Source: Sarea resinae (lineage: Eukaryota). From it: a DNA stretch of 64,000 bases. Made by a program: the position numbers and the translations under genes. Positions 12,887 to 26,205 of the stretch are shown in pieces. Where the stretch lies: NCBI GenBank assembly GCA_026026165.1, contig JAPEUD010000001.1, forward strand, positions 310,001-374,000, in the 5' to 3' direction. The notes below the pieces were generated by a model. The model had not been told where the DNA came from and made no database searches. It saw only the letters and a list, made by a program, of their open reading frames with translations. Within the stretch, counting starts at the first letter, position 1. Every line of letters starts with the position of its first letter.

Positions 12887-13540
12887 GATATCCAGCGTAA
12901 ACTGCCAATAGGAGGCACGGAATAGAGATCATCAAATTTGATGGGTTGGCGCAAGTCATATGAGGCGGCCATATGGAACAGTCCCGTCACCGCACATTGG
13001 ATTCCAGAAGAAACTCGAGTTTGCATAAAAGCCTATAGCGCGGCAGATTGACAGGTCAGCTTCTCAGAGCATCAATTCAATCCAATAACCTAGCTAGCTT
13101 AGGTGCATTCCACAGTTTTTGAACATTGGTCAATAGCCTGCGTACTACCGAGTCGTTGTACACACTGTCAGTCTGAGACTGAACACAAGTAATAAATTAT
13201 GGTTGAGTTCTTTCACTTCCTGTATGGGTTGAAGCAATATGTTCACGGTAACTCAAATACATCTCACGTTTGATATCTGAAGCTTCTGGTGTTGCACCCA
13301 TACGATAGTGAAAGAGATTGAGAGAGTTCAGCCTGACGCTAAGAGTCTCCTTCCGAATACTCTGGATGCAAAAAGCTGACGTACCACGCCGTTGGCGCCA
13401 CGGACAACCTGCAAATGATACCTTATGCAGGGGTTCCTTCGAAGAGCACCACCTATGAATAATTTGCGCCCATCCATCCACTTGCGAAAAGATCCAACTG
13501 AGCCACGCCCCAAATGTACCGCATGCCACCTTCACCACCG

Positions 13541-13996
13541 TCAGGCTCCACCAATCTGCTCCTGATGAACTTCGAGAGTATCGCCATCTTGCATGTCGAG
13601 CTAGGTAGAAGAGACCGTCAGTAGAAGAATAGAATGTAAGACAATATAATGAGACTTGAGGTTGCTGTAGACGAGTACAAGATTTGAATGCGGCAATTCA
13701 AAGAAGCGTTTGGTGTTCCATAGCCACCGCAGAGACGAACGGGGGAAAAATAAGTATCGACGTACAGTGTCTGGACTGTCTGAAGGCTGAACACGAGTGC
13801 CGTCGAACAGAAAGCGAACAGTGCTGGGCGATTTCCCTTGGCGTTCGCAGAAAGCATCCATAAGCTTCTTCAAGGCTGTGGTGCGCTTGATCTTGAAAAA
13901 TACTTCGTTGTTATTGTCGGTGACTTTGATATTTAGATGCTCGGATACAGCAGGCTCTTCTGGCCTCTGAGTAGCAGGACTACCTTGGTCCGACAT
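13541..13996 (-). CDS. SMT3: SUMO (ubiquitin-like Smt3); exons 13996-13766 and 13600-13541
   Basis: EHLNIKVTDNNNEVFFKIKRTTALKKLMDAFCERQGK...RFLFDGTRV...|LDMQDGDTLEVHQEQIGGA*. Confidence 0.97.
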
Positions 13997-15076
13997 GGCG
14001 TACGAATCCGAGGCACGAGAATGGGTTGTTGTTGGATTGATGAGGAAATGCCGGCAGAAGTGGAGTGGTACGATGAGCGTGAGGTCAAATAAGCTCCTTG
14101 TTTACTCGCGCCGATGTCAGCAAACGAGGCTAAGTATTCGAATTCAGAGGAAAGCATTGGAGATCAAGGTGGGCATACCTTATGGCAGTGCAATCAGGAT
14201 GGTTTGAGAGAGATGTTTGGGCAGTGAGAGGAACGTGAAGTGGAAATTGTGCGTCGCGATCGCAAGAAGGTGGTGGTCTTGAAGTGACGGAGGACGAAAT
14301 TCGTGCGCGGCGATCTCCTGCCCGCCAGAGGTCCTTCCTATCGGCTTTCCGCCCCACTACTAACGTCCAAAAGTACTTCAAAGCATATGGTAAAAGCCAG
14401 TGTATGGTAGGTCACGCGTACCAACGTTGGTGTCCGGTCTCTGACCTCTAGCTGTGGCGCACTAATGAGGTGGGTAAGGTAGGTACCTTAGTAGGTAGGC
14501 AGGCACAGAGTAGGTTTCTCTGTCTGTCTCTGTTCTGCGTCTACTGCCTGAGTACGCGACACAACGCAGTGAATACCTTGCCTTCAACTACTTATGACTG
14601 CAGCTAGCGGGTACTGTTCTGTACTTGGGAGTAGTCAAACGGGTGTCTGATCGGATGTGTACCTTAGGTAGGTACCTCACCTATCCTGAAGTGTGACGCC
14701 ATTGCCTCCTGCAGTGCTCAGCTCCAGGGACCTACGGGCTGTGTACTGCGTACTCCGGAGTAGACGCTGCTACTACGACTACGTAGTATGTACGAAGTAG
14801 GAGGGACGGAAGCCTCGAGTTCAAACATCATTCCCATTACCTTACTCCGAATACTCTATCTTACCTCCAATTATCTTACTTCGACCCCTAAGGTAGGTAC
14901 TACATAGTACCTTATTGTTCCAACGTGTGACGCCTTGGGCAGAATCTCGTCTACTCCACTGCTCTTTGTTCGATCAGTACAGCCGGAAATTTCAGAGTTC
15001 AAACAGTACCTAGGTGCTGTTTGACAGTATTGATACAGCCTTACCATACGGCCATTGAAAGACACAGTGCACATCA

Positions 15077-15566
15077 ATGGCAGGCCAGCAATGTCATCCC
15101 GAAGCAGTGAGTAATTGTCATACTCACATTAACATTTCGCAACATAAGTTCCTGACAGTCCTCGAGTGTGCTATCCAAGGTAACCTCAGCCCTATTGAAG
15201 CTCTCTCGAGACCCCAACCTTCTTCATCAAGAGCATTTCCCACGGCGATTGTAGGTGACTGAAATCGTTGCTGATGGTCTTCTTATCACTTCGTCAATAG
15301 ATTGCTTGAGTAAAGCGAACTATCAGGAGGAAAGGTGTCAACGGCAGATCGACGCGCTGTACGCATGCTGTAACGGCTTCTACGAGCAGAACGGCGAGGA
15401 CGCAAGTACGGTCAGTTGCCCCAAGGCATCACTTCTTCGGTAAGACGTTCCAGGCCCGCTACCTCACGCCTTGCCGTGAATAGTAGAATCTTCAAAATGT
15501 CTAAACTTGTGCAGCCTGAAGATGAGGCAAAGAACAGAAGGCCAAGACGGTCCCAAGTCGAAGTGA
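15077..15566 (+). CDS. CMC4: Twin Cx9C mitochondrial intermembrane-space protein (Cmc4/MTCP1-like), 4 exons including a 13-nt microexon (15167-15179)
   Basis: Spliced: MAGQQCHPEA|CAIQ|DCLSKANYQEERCQRQIDALYACCNGFYEQNG...VSCPKASLLR|LKMRQRTEGQDGPKSK*. Confidence 0.85.
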
Positions 15567-16270
15567 GACCACGGGCAAAACGGGGTTGCGGAGGTCAGAC
15601 CTTCTCAATTTCATATTTTTCATTATACCATGTATCTAAAACAGCGTAAACGACCCCGTACACAGGGATAGCTACCTCTAGAGATAGTAGTAGTTATCAA
15701 AGAAATTTGAATGTAACGTGTTGTGTCCAAGCTTAAACCCTCAATCCTCTTTGCAAAGATCGGGCAAGACTAGAGACAAAACTCGTTTCGTTCTGAGACA
15801 ACCGTGAGCACGCAAGAAGCCCTCATGGGACTTGATCGAACATTGATGGATACTCTCAAGTGAGAGGTTTGATCCGAGACTCTAATGGTCGCCTGGTTAA
15901 GACATTGTTGAAGAAAGAAAAAAAGAGTTTACGATTAGAAGCGAGCGCGAGGTTTTGACCTCCGGATGATGGTCACGTGAGCAAGTCATCTACTACGTAG
16001 TACCGCGTAGGCAAGGTAAGGTAGCCCTCTTAGGTATCCCTTAGGTACTTCATACCCGTGTGTCTGAAGTTGCCGACCTTCATTCACCTTTGGCATGTTA
16101 CGGACATCCATACAAGAAAGTCAACAATTCGATTGAATAATCCATCCTGGAAGCTTCACATCTTCGGCCAGTAGCACGCAGCTGCAGCGACTCCAAGATA
16201 CTGGGATCAAACGTCGCTCCGCTCCACCAGTATACTTTCATGAGCGTGGGCACCGTGGAATTACTTCAGC

Positions 16271-19200
16271 ATGGCGCCTCTTGATCTCAATTCATTCGCA
16301 GATGCTTCGCACACGAGGCGAAGAAGCTTCGCAGACCAGGTATGTCGCATGCCCGGAGATACTCCCACGTTTCTGAAGGCCTACATTCAGATCAAAATCT
16401 TGACGCTCCGACTTCAGAGGCACATCCATGCATATACACTAATCTGGTCTTCCACCATAGTTCGAAGCCCAATCGACCGATTCTCTTGACACCACAGAGG
16501 ACTCTACAGACCACTTTGAAGACGATGAGCTGGAGAGTGATCAAGCCGGTATGCGTCTTGCTTTGCCTTCCTTAGACAGACATCACTTGGGTGAGGTAAA
16601 TGTCAACTGACTATCTCACTTCAGACGTGACCGAGACATTATCTCCACTGCTTCTAACTTCGGGGCATTTTGAGCAAGCCCTGCATCCGCTGCGCGTAGC
16701 GGCAGACCGCGTTGGTCGAGAAGTCGAGAAATTTGCCGAGAAACTAGACACTCTCAATCCACTTCGACAGCGAGGGCCTCTCCAGAAATATGATGTCGTC
16801 TTCGAATTACTCGATAGCTATAGGACCATTGCAGATGATGCTGTAAAGCGTCTTCAGAAACGTCATGCATCAGAATACGAACAGGCTATAAAGATTAGAT
16901 GGCAGCGACGAGCCTATTCCCTTAGTTTAGGACTATCGGGTGGTGACAGCGAGTCTGATGACAGAGTTGATCGGACGAATAGGGACGCGGGATTCGGCGA
17001 ACAAACAACGGTCAGAGATCTCGAATATTGGCGTTTGGAAACTCAGACTTGGGAACTCCTGAAATCTGTGCTTATGTTTCAGTATCCCAGACCAAACCAC
17101 GACGCTTCTAAAGCCAAAGCAGATTCGTTAAGTTCCATTGGTCACGTCAACAAATACTCATCTGAGGGAAAGATCTGGAAGCGCTTCTTAGCGGAGGATG
17201 ACTTGGCAAGAGAAAGACAAACGATACTGAAATGGTTAAGGTCGACGGCCGAGAGCAGTGGCAAAGACGTTGATATCATTACTGAAGAGTTGGAGACTGG
17301 GGGACCGAGAGGGAAATCGCTGTGGCGGACAGGGTGGTTATACACAAAAGAAGCTATCAAAGCACAGAAACGCCTCCGCTCATGGCCTCAAGCTCTCGAT
17401 CCCGACTCACCTGGACTTCAAAGCACGCTTAGGAATTCCGATAACACCGAAGGTTTGGTGACCCAGCTGGACCCAGATGCCGTGAATCGTCAAGGGCTAG
17501 CGTTGGAGAAGCAAGACCAATACTTCGAACGGGCCACTTGGCTAGTCTGTTGGGAAATGATAAAACGAGGGAAAAGCTGGAACCAAATTCATGAATGGTG
17601 CCAAGACCGCGTAGATGGATGGCGAATTGCGAGTATTGGTGGTGCTGAACCCACTTGGGACTCGTCACTTGAAGACGACTATGGCGAAGATCCTAGTCAT
17701 CATTCCTCCAGCTTGCCTTCGAACGCTTCTTCAAGCAATACAAGCACTTCTCGAGCTCTGTGGCGAAGAATGTGTTTCGCTGCGGCTAGGAGCGGCCACA
17801 TTGCCGAACATGAGAGTGCTGTTTACGGATTCCTGGGCGGCGATGTACAGACTGTTGAAAGAGTTTGTCAGAGCTGGGATGAGTTCCTCTTCGCTCACTA
17901 CAATTCGCTGCTGCTCAGTCAGTTCGATCACTACCTGAGATCAAATTATCCCGATCGCCTATCTACGGTCGTGGCCCATAAGTTTGGTGTATTCGACTCC
18001 GTTCAGTATCACGGAGAACCAGATTTGGTCAGTCGGCGTCTTGTGGACAGACTGAAATCCCACGAAATCACAAGTGCAGAAGCTCAACAGCCAATAAAGC
18101 TTATCCAGAGTGAGATAATTGCCAAAACCTTCAAAGATTTCCTATACCGTCAGGGTATTGCACTTTCGAAGATCGCAAACGCGGAGGCGAAATCCAAGAT
18201 CATACCTTCTGCAGACGGCATCGAGCTTGAAGACAGTGTTACTGCTTACATATCTCCTAGTGACTATGATGCTTTACGGGTCATAACACACATGCTTTTG
18301 ATTTTCCAGGATCTGGGCATGGATATTGGCCAAGATTGGAGCCAAGCCGCGATAGAGAATATCCTTGTAGCTTACATTGACTTTTTACGTTTGGCCGGAA
18401 AGTCCGAGATGATTCCTTTATATGCTTCTCGACTTTCTCAGGAACGATCCACTATGGTCCTCGGAAGGGTTTTGATCGATATAACCGATCCACGGGAACG
18501 AAATCAGCAAATCAGTTTAATGGCGGAACTAGGCATCGATGTTACTGCCGTTTTGACTATGCAACTAGAATTCATCTCGCAGGACAGAAAGTTGAACGAG
18601 CCAGAGCATCAGAAACCGGTGACAATTGAGTTCCTGGAGACGGCAGAAGATCCCAATCAGATCGGCAAGCAGGTGAAGGAGGGCTTCATGCGCGAGCAGC
18701 TGAGTGTCGAGGAAGACCTTCTCGTCCGGGCATTCGAGTGGTTCATATTGCTCGACGGCCATTGGGTTGAGACATTCGCTTTTGGAGCTAAACTCTACAA
18801 GAGCTTCTTGAGTATGTTGACATATTGGCGTTACTAGCCATCGCTAATATACATCTTTAATAGGATCTGGTCGTCTAGCAGCAGCAAAGCAGCTCTCAAT
18901 GCGCATGCCATATTCCGCGATTTCCCTTGCGAAGACGAAAGCTCTCTGGGGTAAAGCGATAGACATAAGTCAGGGGTTTGAAGACAGCGAGGATGAGAGC
19001 GGAAATGATGGCTTCGGGGAATCGCGACTGACGAGGTCTCGAAGCCAAGAGGCTAGTAGAATAAAGCGCAGCAGATCCTCTATTAAGAGAGCCAAAAGAC
19101 GGCGTGAAGCTCTTCTGGATCTATCCAGAACTTATCTGGGGCTTGAACAGCTAGTGCTAGCGCTCGAAGCTTTTGAGAAATGGCGAGACGTCCTGAACCA

Positions 19201-19789
19201 GGTCCCAGGGTAAGCAGCCAAAATATGTCCAAATCAATTTTATGTAGTGCGATGCTAACTTGTCTTGCGCAAAAGCCATAACAACCCTCGCTTTTCCAAG
19301 CAATGGAGATCACACTTACAGAAGGCTTTGGATGAGGTCTCTTTGACTGTCGAGCCTTTACTGCATGACTGGTTGACCAAACCAGTGGATGGTAAGCGCA
19401 ATGAAGCCTTTTCGCATCCAAAAGACGACATCCACTGACTGTGATCGTGTCCTCTAGACGCAGAGGCTATTGAATTGGCTGAAATTCGAAAGTCCTACAT
19501 CCCAGAAGTAGTCCTAGCTTACATCGGCACCCTCCATGCGGCAGGCCACTACCTTCGCCGTGAATATTTTTTGGATTGCATGGATCTCTCCACCACAATA
19601 GCAGATCAAGGCTCTAATCTAGCAGAATGCTTTGTCGCGACAGGCCGCATGGGCGAATTGGTGGAGTATTTCGCCATCACGAGCAAGACCATACTGAAAG
19701 CCAACGAAAGTGGCGGAGCCAAGCGAGGGAAGAGCAAGAACGTTTCGAAGCAAGGTGGAAATCTTTCAATCTGGCACGTTAAAATTTGA
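16271..19789 (+). CDS. NUP84: Nuclear pore Y-complex protein Nup84/Nup107
   Basis: Motifs LETQTWELL, GWLYTKEAIK, LVTQLDPDA, WRIASIGG, RALWRRMC, ESAVYGFLGGD and IRKSYIPEVVLAY; canonical introns. Confidence 0.93.
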
Positions 19790-20211
19790 CACTAGCATAT
19801 CATTCGGACTAGGATGGTCAAGCGGGTGATGCCGCGATTGCGGATTCGAATCAGCATTAGGGACTCAGCTACGGAGTATAGAATTCAGAACTGCCTTTCT
19901 TGAATCAGAGCAGGAGTAACCATCGTGAATTAACGTTATGCCTGCTGCTTGGCTTCTCGCAACTGGTGTTCTGCCTTCTGTCTCTGTCTTTAATAAGCTT
20001 CTTGTTCGATGAGGTAGCGCGACATCTTTTTATCACTCGAGAGTTGAACACAACTAACAAAGGAAACATGACATAGTGACTCGGAAATAGAGGTACTAAT
20101 GATCTAGAAAAGACGCGTACTCGCAATTAGTTCAATCCGTTCAGGTCTAATATCCCAGGATGAGACCGAATCCTTTTGACAGCTCTATGACGAAGCGCAG
20201 CTTTTTCCCTT

Positions 20212-20535
20212 CTAATAGACTCGATTGAGTAGGAGGCAGTGGCAGTATTGGCTCCCAGGCAACTGAAAGAGAACGGTATTAGACGAGTTTTCCCCATCGC
20301 TTCTCAATCTGTGCGAACAATTTACCTGCAGCTGCCTGCTAATCCAAGCTTGAAGTCTAGCCTCGTTCTTCTTCGCCTTGTTGATCTGAGCTCGATGGAA
20401 ACGCAGGCGAGCCTGCTCGGCCGTGCCTGGATAGAAGGTGTCAGTCAAAAGCAGATCCATTATGGTTACTCCAAGAGCCTCTCTCTCACCTTTGCCAGCG
20501 CAAAGGTCGGCCAGCCAATGCAAGAGTTGGGCCAT
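20212..20535 (-). CDS. Possible small orphan gene (about 65 aa spliced)
   Basis: The ORF contains two canonical-looking 63-nt introns (20427-20489 and 20263-20325). No family recognised. Confidence 0.35.
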   Translation of the reverse strand: MAQLLHWLADLCAGKGEREALGVTIMDLLLTDTFYPGTAEQARLRFHRAQINKAKKNEARLQAWISRQLQVNCSHRLRSDGENSSNTVLFQLPGSQYCHCLLLNRVY

Positions 20536-21498
20536 TGAGAAATCCTATCAATTGGTGATGATTTTGATGGTTGGATCCTAATCCAAAGATTTGATAGCAA
20601 GGATGTCCTGAGACTTGGGATGTCTGGTGGAAGATCAGTGGGCGGTTGTGATAGAAAGGTTCGAAGTAAAGCGATGTGATGCAGCATTCAAGAGTCAGAG
20701 GTATGTGCGCACTTTTTAGGAGCGGTAGCTGTGGTCATTGTCAATTCAATAATACCTTGTCACGGCAGAAGGTTGCAAGTGAATGTGTGACATCGATCCC
20801 GTTCACTATCTCGATCCTGTGTATCACTTCCGTCGAACCAAGACAATAGCACCAGATTCATCATGGTCAGTCACCTAGCAGACAAGCTGCATGCAAGACC
20901 ATGAACGCGTGCCAGTGAATGCCATGAGTCAATGACAAGTAGCTCCTTCGTGTGGCCTTTTGAAGTCGGCAGGACATGGCATCAATCTGTCAAATCCCGT
21001 AAAGTCAGCATCAATATCGCCCACCCAAGTCATTACAAGCAAGCAGAGTAGCCATCTTCATGATAACTGCGTCATCACTCGAGGCTTTAGTATTCGATCT
21101 CGCATATCAAAATGCATGGTGGACGAAGAAAACGTAGGAGAACAAACATATTACCAGAAGCGGAAAGGTGGGGATTATGTCGATGTGTACGTATTGCTTT
21201 CTGCCAGAGGCCATCTTGACCGCCCTCACTCCGAAGACGCAATCCCCGCCAGACTGCCCCACTAGTGTCAAACCCCCTTCTCAGTCTCCCACCATCAGAA
21301 TCCACGCACAATCGATAACTTCTTCGGACATTTCTGGAACAGTGTGCCTCACTCTCTACCGAATCCTGTCATTTAATCTAGGATTTCGCCCTCAGTCGTG
21401 TTTTGCTCATCAAGCACGCACACCATCTTGATCGTCAACCAGAGAGTACTGTATCAGGAGCAGCTCCAAGTGCAGCAGCAGCTCCTATCTGCGCAACA

Positions 21499-22295
21499 AT
21501 GGCGACGTACGTGCGCCCCTGGTCCTCATGCGCCCATGATCTTTCTGCACACTCACTCAAATACACATGCACATGGAAGAGCTAATCGCAATGGCCGATG
21601 CAATTCAGGAATATCACCTGGCACCCCTCGCTATCGCGTCACGAACGCTTCAGTCTGCGGAAGCAGCGCGGCCTGACAATATGGTTCACGGGGCTTTCAG
21701 CCTCAGGCAAGTCGACCATCGCGACGGCACTGGAGCAACACTTACTCCACCTTGGCTACGCCTCCTATCGCCTCGACGGAGACAACGTGCGCTTCGGACT
21801 GAACAAGGATCTGGGCTTCTCGGAGAAAGATCGAAATGAGAACATCCGAAGAATTGCAGAGGTATGATAACCAAGAGAGAGACACCTAGAAGGCTCAATT
21901 CATTGTTCAAGTAAAATCAGGTGGCGAAGCTCTTTGCCGACTCTTCGACTATTGCTCTTACTTCCTTCATCTCCCCCTACCGAGCAGACCGCGAGGTTGC
22001 TCGAAACCTGCATGCGACCGCGAGCCAGCAGGGTGGAGACGACCCCATCCCTTTCGTCGAGGTCTTCGTTGACGTGCCTGTGGAAGTGGCCGAACAGCGT
22101 GATCCTAAGGGTCTATATAAAAAGGCGAGGGCTGGCGAGATTAAGGAGTTCACCGGCATATCTGCGCCATACGAGGAGCCTCAAAATCCGGAGATTAGAA
22201 TCCGGGCTGATCAGCAGACTGTTGAAGATTCCGTACGAGAGATATATGAGTACCTGGTCAAAAATGGGCTGTTGGTAGTGAAGGATGGCAACTGA
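21499..22295 (+). CDS. MET14: Adenylyl-sulfate (APS) kinase; exons 21499-21506, 21609-21861, 21921-22295
   Basis: MAT|NITWH..., [33 protein letters not shown] and [26 protein letters not shown]. Confidence 0.97.
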
Positions 22296-22442
22296 TATGA
22301 TGTTCTCGCCAGAAGGAAAGATCTGGGTCGCGCTATCTGATAGGAAAAGTAAAGCCAGAGCTTGGCATGCATTATCAAGTAGCGCTGGAACGGTCATATA
22401 AGGTTATATGCACAGTAAAACCAAATAGCCATGATGAAAAGA

Positions 22443-23871
22443 TCAACTGATTTCGAAATCGTAGAGTACGTAAGCAGAGTATTCCCCCCCTTCAGTGGAA
22501 TGTCCAGCAGTTTGCATGTCTGTCGACGTTCCCGAATCGTCTTTGGTAATTCTTCCCTTCTTGTCGCGGCCAAAGGAATTGCCGCCGAGGTAAGAGTACG
22601 AGGCGTCAAGAGAGTGCTTCACTTTTTTCGACAGCTTGGGTGTTGTCTGTGGTCAAAGGAGCCGTCAGAACCCAGTTGAGAACGATTGTTTGATTCGAAT
22701 ATTTAAAAAGGAAGAACTTACGCGGACTAGTCCACAAACAAATTGTAATGGCAAGCCATAGCGGAGAACAGTCTCTACAAAGACCCTGAGTACGAGGACG
22801 TGTATCCAGATCATGACACTCTCGCTCCAGCCTGTCCGTCCTAATCGTAGAGCTTCCCCCCACACCTTTCTCTCTTCCTTCATAAGCCGATCGATTTCTT
22901 TCTCTTCTTCCTCTTTGCCTCCTTCTTTGTACGTGTAGTCTCTTGGTGTCCATTTGTGCTCCCTGCATTTGTGGATGAATTCCTGACCATGCTTTTTGAA
23001 TGTCGTGACTGCATAGAGGGTATACTCATCGTCCGAGGTTATTTTCACTGCTGAACGCGGGACCACCATGGGTGACACTGTTTCGTAGGTTTTCAGGAAG
23101 TCTTTGTTGATCTGGGAAGGAACAGCAATTAGATGAGTCTCGAGGTAATCCGAATCCTGTACGAGCAATGAGGGATCAACAACTGGCGCGAGGGATCGAG
23201 TTGCCAGGTTGCCTCTGCGGTTCATAAGTTAGGATCTTGAAACCAAAGTCTTATCAGATGGCTGAGCTCACGTTTGCTTTCGTTGTAACGCTGTTAGGTT
23301 CGTCTTCACCTGATTGTATTGGTTGTATTTGGTCTTAATGTCATTATCAATACTGACAACCTCCTGAATATCAGGTCAGTCTCCGCTATGGCAAACATTG
23401 TTAATGAAGGGAACCCTGCCTTTTGTAGGGAATGCAACAGCTCCGATATCGACTTATCGGCCCGATACTTCACCTTGTTCCAGTTGAAAGTTTGTAGGTA
23501 CTGGTCGACGGGCTCTATCCCCGACATATTAGTGCCAGCAGCTTCGAAATTTTCAATAGACGAGACGCACTATCGTTGACTGTTTTTTGCTGAGCAATCT
23601 TGTCCTCATCGCCTCCTAGAATGCTTTGTAATGAATCTCCGACTTTACCAACAACACCCTCACAGGCTGTGTCTAGCTTGGCGAGTTCGTCTGCCTGTTG
23701 GACGAGAGCATCAAGGGTGCCTATTTTGAATTCCGGGATAGAAAACGGGTAAACGGTCCCGAAGTCGGTCGATACGGCGGACCTCAAAGCTGTTAAGGCT
23801 TCATCGTGATCATTCGAAGGTGTTATAGATGTTGGCAGCGAAACCAGGAGGTATTTGGTGGATCCCGACAT
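22443..23871 (-). CDS. VMA5: V-type ATPase V1 subunit C
   Basis: FSIPEFKIGTLDALVQQADEL, FNWNKVKY, VFVETVLRYGLP; the last exon ends ...EYSAYVLYDFEIS*. Confidence 0.96.
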
Positions 23872-24577
23872 CTCTCGCGGCACTCTCGCTCATGCGAGGC
23901 GCTACAGTGCCTCGGAATCTTTGCAGAAGACCAGTGAAGTGTACAGCGGTGATCCGTGCTTTGCTCAAAGCTGCAATTGAGGATCGTCGACCTTGAAGCG
24001 CCACTCTCTTCGGAGCTGCATTTAGATGGGGTGGGGGGTACGGGGAGCAGACGGTGTGCAGATTGAGGTCAACTACCGTACCTAGAAGTACGGTGGGTAG
24101 CTGGAGGGCTCACTGCCACTGGATCGAACGCGTACCGTAGCGCTCCGGCATACGAAGTGGCCCATATTTCCGAGGTACCAGGACTCTCATCCATCGTCAA
24201 CAACATTATCCATCCATTTGGCGGCTGTAGTGGAATCGATTCTATCACTCTATGATTTTATACCTGTGCAATGACCCATCCTATCATTGACCTGAATTCA
24301 AGTTTCTTCCTGTCCGTATCGCGGGTGATAGGCTTCTCAATCCATCATCTAATCTCCCAGATCCGCTCCATGTGCTCTTCTCTCTGAGCCCCTGACGACG
24401 ATGATCTATGTGTATACTACCAAATAAACATGATGAATCCTGGCCATCCAGAATATCTCTTCTATGTTGTAACAGCTTTATGGGAATGACAGCTAAGTAG
24501 AACTCTCCTAAATGATTAGCCACCGTCGCTGATGGGTCGTATTAAAGGGCCGCGCCGCCGAATGCTAATAATGTTTT

Positions 24578-25643
24578 CTATGCGATTGGATAAACCCGAG
24601 CCATAGTCTGCAGCGGTTTTTTCAGAGATCAGCATTAATTCATTAAGCGTGTTATATAATACAGCAGGAGAGGCTATGAAAGACAATATTAAACTGACCG
24701 CTGCTTGTTTGGGCTCCACAAATAGAGCGGACGCCTCAACAAGGACGACGGGCTTCTCGCCCGCTTTTGGGAGGGTTTCAATGTGGCCCTCAACCCATGC
24801 TTTTCGCCCCTCCGTCTTCACCGTCTTCGCCCTGAGAACAACGAACGTTCCGGCAGGGGCAGGTTTTCGATAATTTATGTTCAGGTTTGCTGTCACACCA
24901 AATCGATTCGGCAGCGTTGGAAAGCAGCATTTTGCGAGGCCTTCATCCAAAAGCGTCGCAAGTAACCCGCCATGTACTATGTTGGGATGACCACACAAAT
25001 CCGTCCCGAGGAAGCAGATTGAAACCATACTCTTCCCTCCCTGTTCACTCCATGTGTACGGTGGGACTACAATCTTCCCCGGGCCTGCTAAAGTACCTCC
25101 CGTAAGATTATGATCACGTTGCGCCGCAGGGATCTTGAAATGCGGTCTTGATTCCGTAAAGTTGGCATCAGCCCTGAGTTCCTGTGCGATTGGGTGATTC
25201 GTGATGAATTCTTCGACTTGGGCGGATGCTTCATCCGGGGGGTCGAACATCGACAATGTCTCGGAGTCTGTGGGTGGGTTGATATAGCCATCAATGGATG
25301 GTATCGCAGTAGCTGTGGCCATTATGAATCCAGCTGTTGTGAAGGATATTGACAGAGCACCTAATTTTATTGCTCGTCGGATCAAAGTATCGCTACGTGC
25401 TGGTCTTGAAAAGGGTCCTGCTAAGTCTGGCCTTAGCAAAGTCGACTTAGGCTAAAGTGGAGCGACTCCGGGCTTCATAGCACTGAACGAACCTGACGAA
25501 TTGCCAATTGATCGCCCGAAGTCGGTTGGGATGTGAGAATATTGGTAGACGCGGTGGTTGAAGCCAGATAGTGGGTGATGGGAAACGACATGGCCTCGTG
25601 AAAACCCCGACTTGAGGAAAGCATGTTTAATAGTGGCAGGCAT
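24578..25643 (-). CDS. Hotdog-fold (PaaI-type) thioesterase, Fmp10-like, probably mitochondrial
   Basis: LCGHPNIVHGGLLATLLDEGLA and GVTANLNINYRKP. The first exon and start are inferred from splice phase. Confidence 0.85.
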
Positions 25644-26205
25644 CGGAGACAAGATACCAATGAGAAAAAGTGATCTACGAGTAGAGTAGGTGTTGATAGA
25701 CTTTCATGTCCCCAATGGGGTGCTTAGAATAGTTGAAATCTCTATTGATCTCTACCAAGTCTATGAAGTACATACCTACTCATAGTACTGCGGTATGCCG
25801 TAAGTTACTATCGGAGTTCATCGCTTGCGCCGAGTTTGAGCCTCGGCATCTTGACAGATACGAAGGTACGAAGTACGAAGTACATCCATGTGGGCATTTT
25901 CTGCGAGGTTCCCACCTGGGCAGGGATTTGATCTACCTCTGAAACCCATTGACCGCCTACTACGTACAGAGTTGGCACATGATTTACCACGCAGCGGACC
26001 GGGGCGGACTTTCATCATTTTAAGGGTACGGAACAGTTTAGGTAACATGATCTTAACTTTCACTCGGTACCTTAATCTAGCTCCTTTAGGTTACATATAC
26101 CTTGTCATCCATCACCTTCACCATGTTCAGGTCCAAAATGGACTCCTCAAATGTCTCTGGGACTCAAGCCGAAGACCCTCCAAAGATATAGGCCCGCTTG
26201 ATGAA

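Noticed and set aside
15878..15975. tRNA-like D-arm (TGGTCGCCTGGTTAAGAC) with a later GAGGTTTTGACCTC hairpin
   Set aside because: No acceptor-stem pairing, no canonical TTCRA T-loop and no anticodon arm. tRNAscan-SE would settle it.
20920..21080. Possible bZIP sites upstream of MET14 (TGAGTCA, ATGGCATCAA, TGCGTCAT)
   Set aside because: Short or imperfect matches expected by chance; cannot be supported without conservation data.
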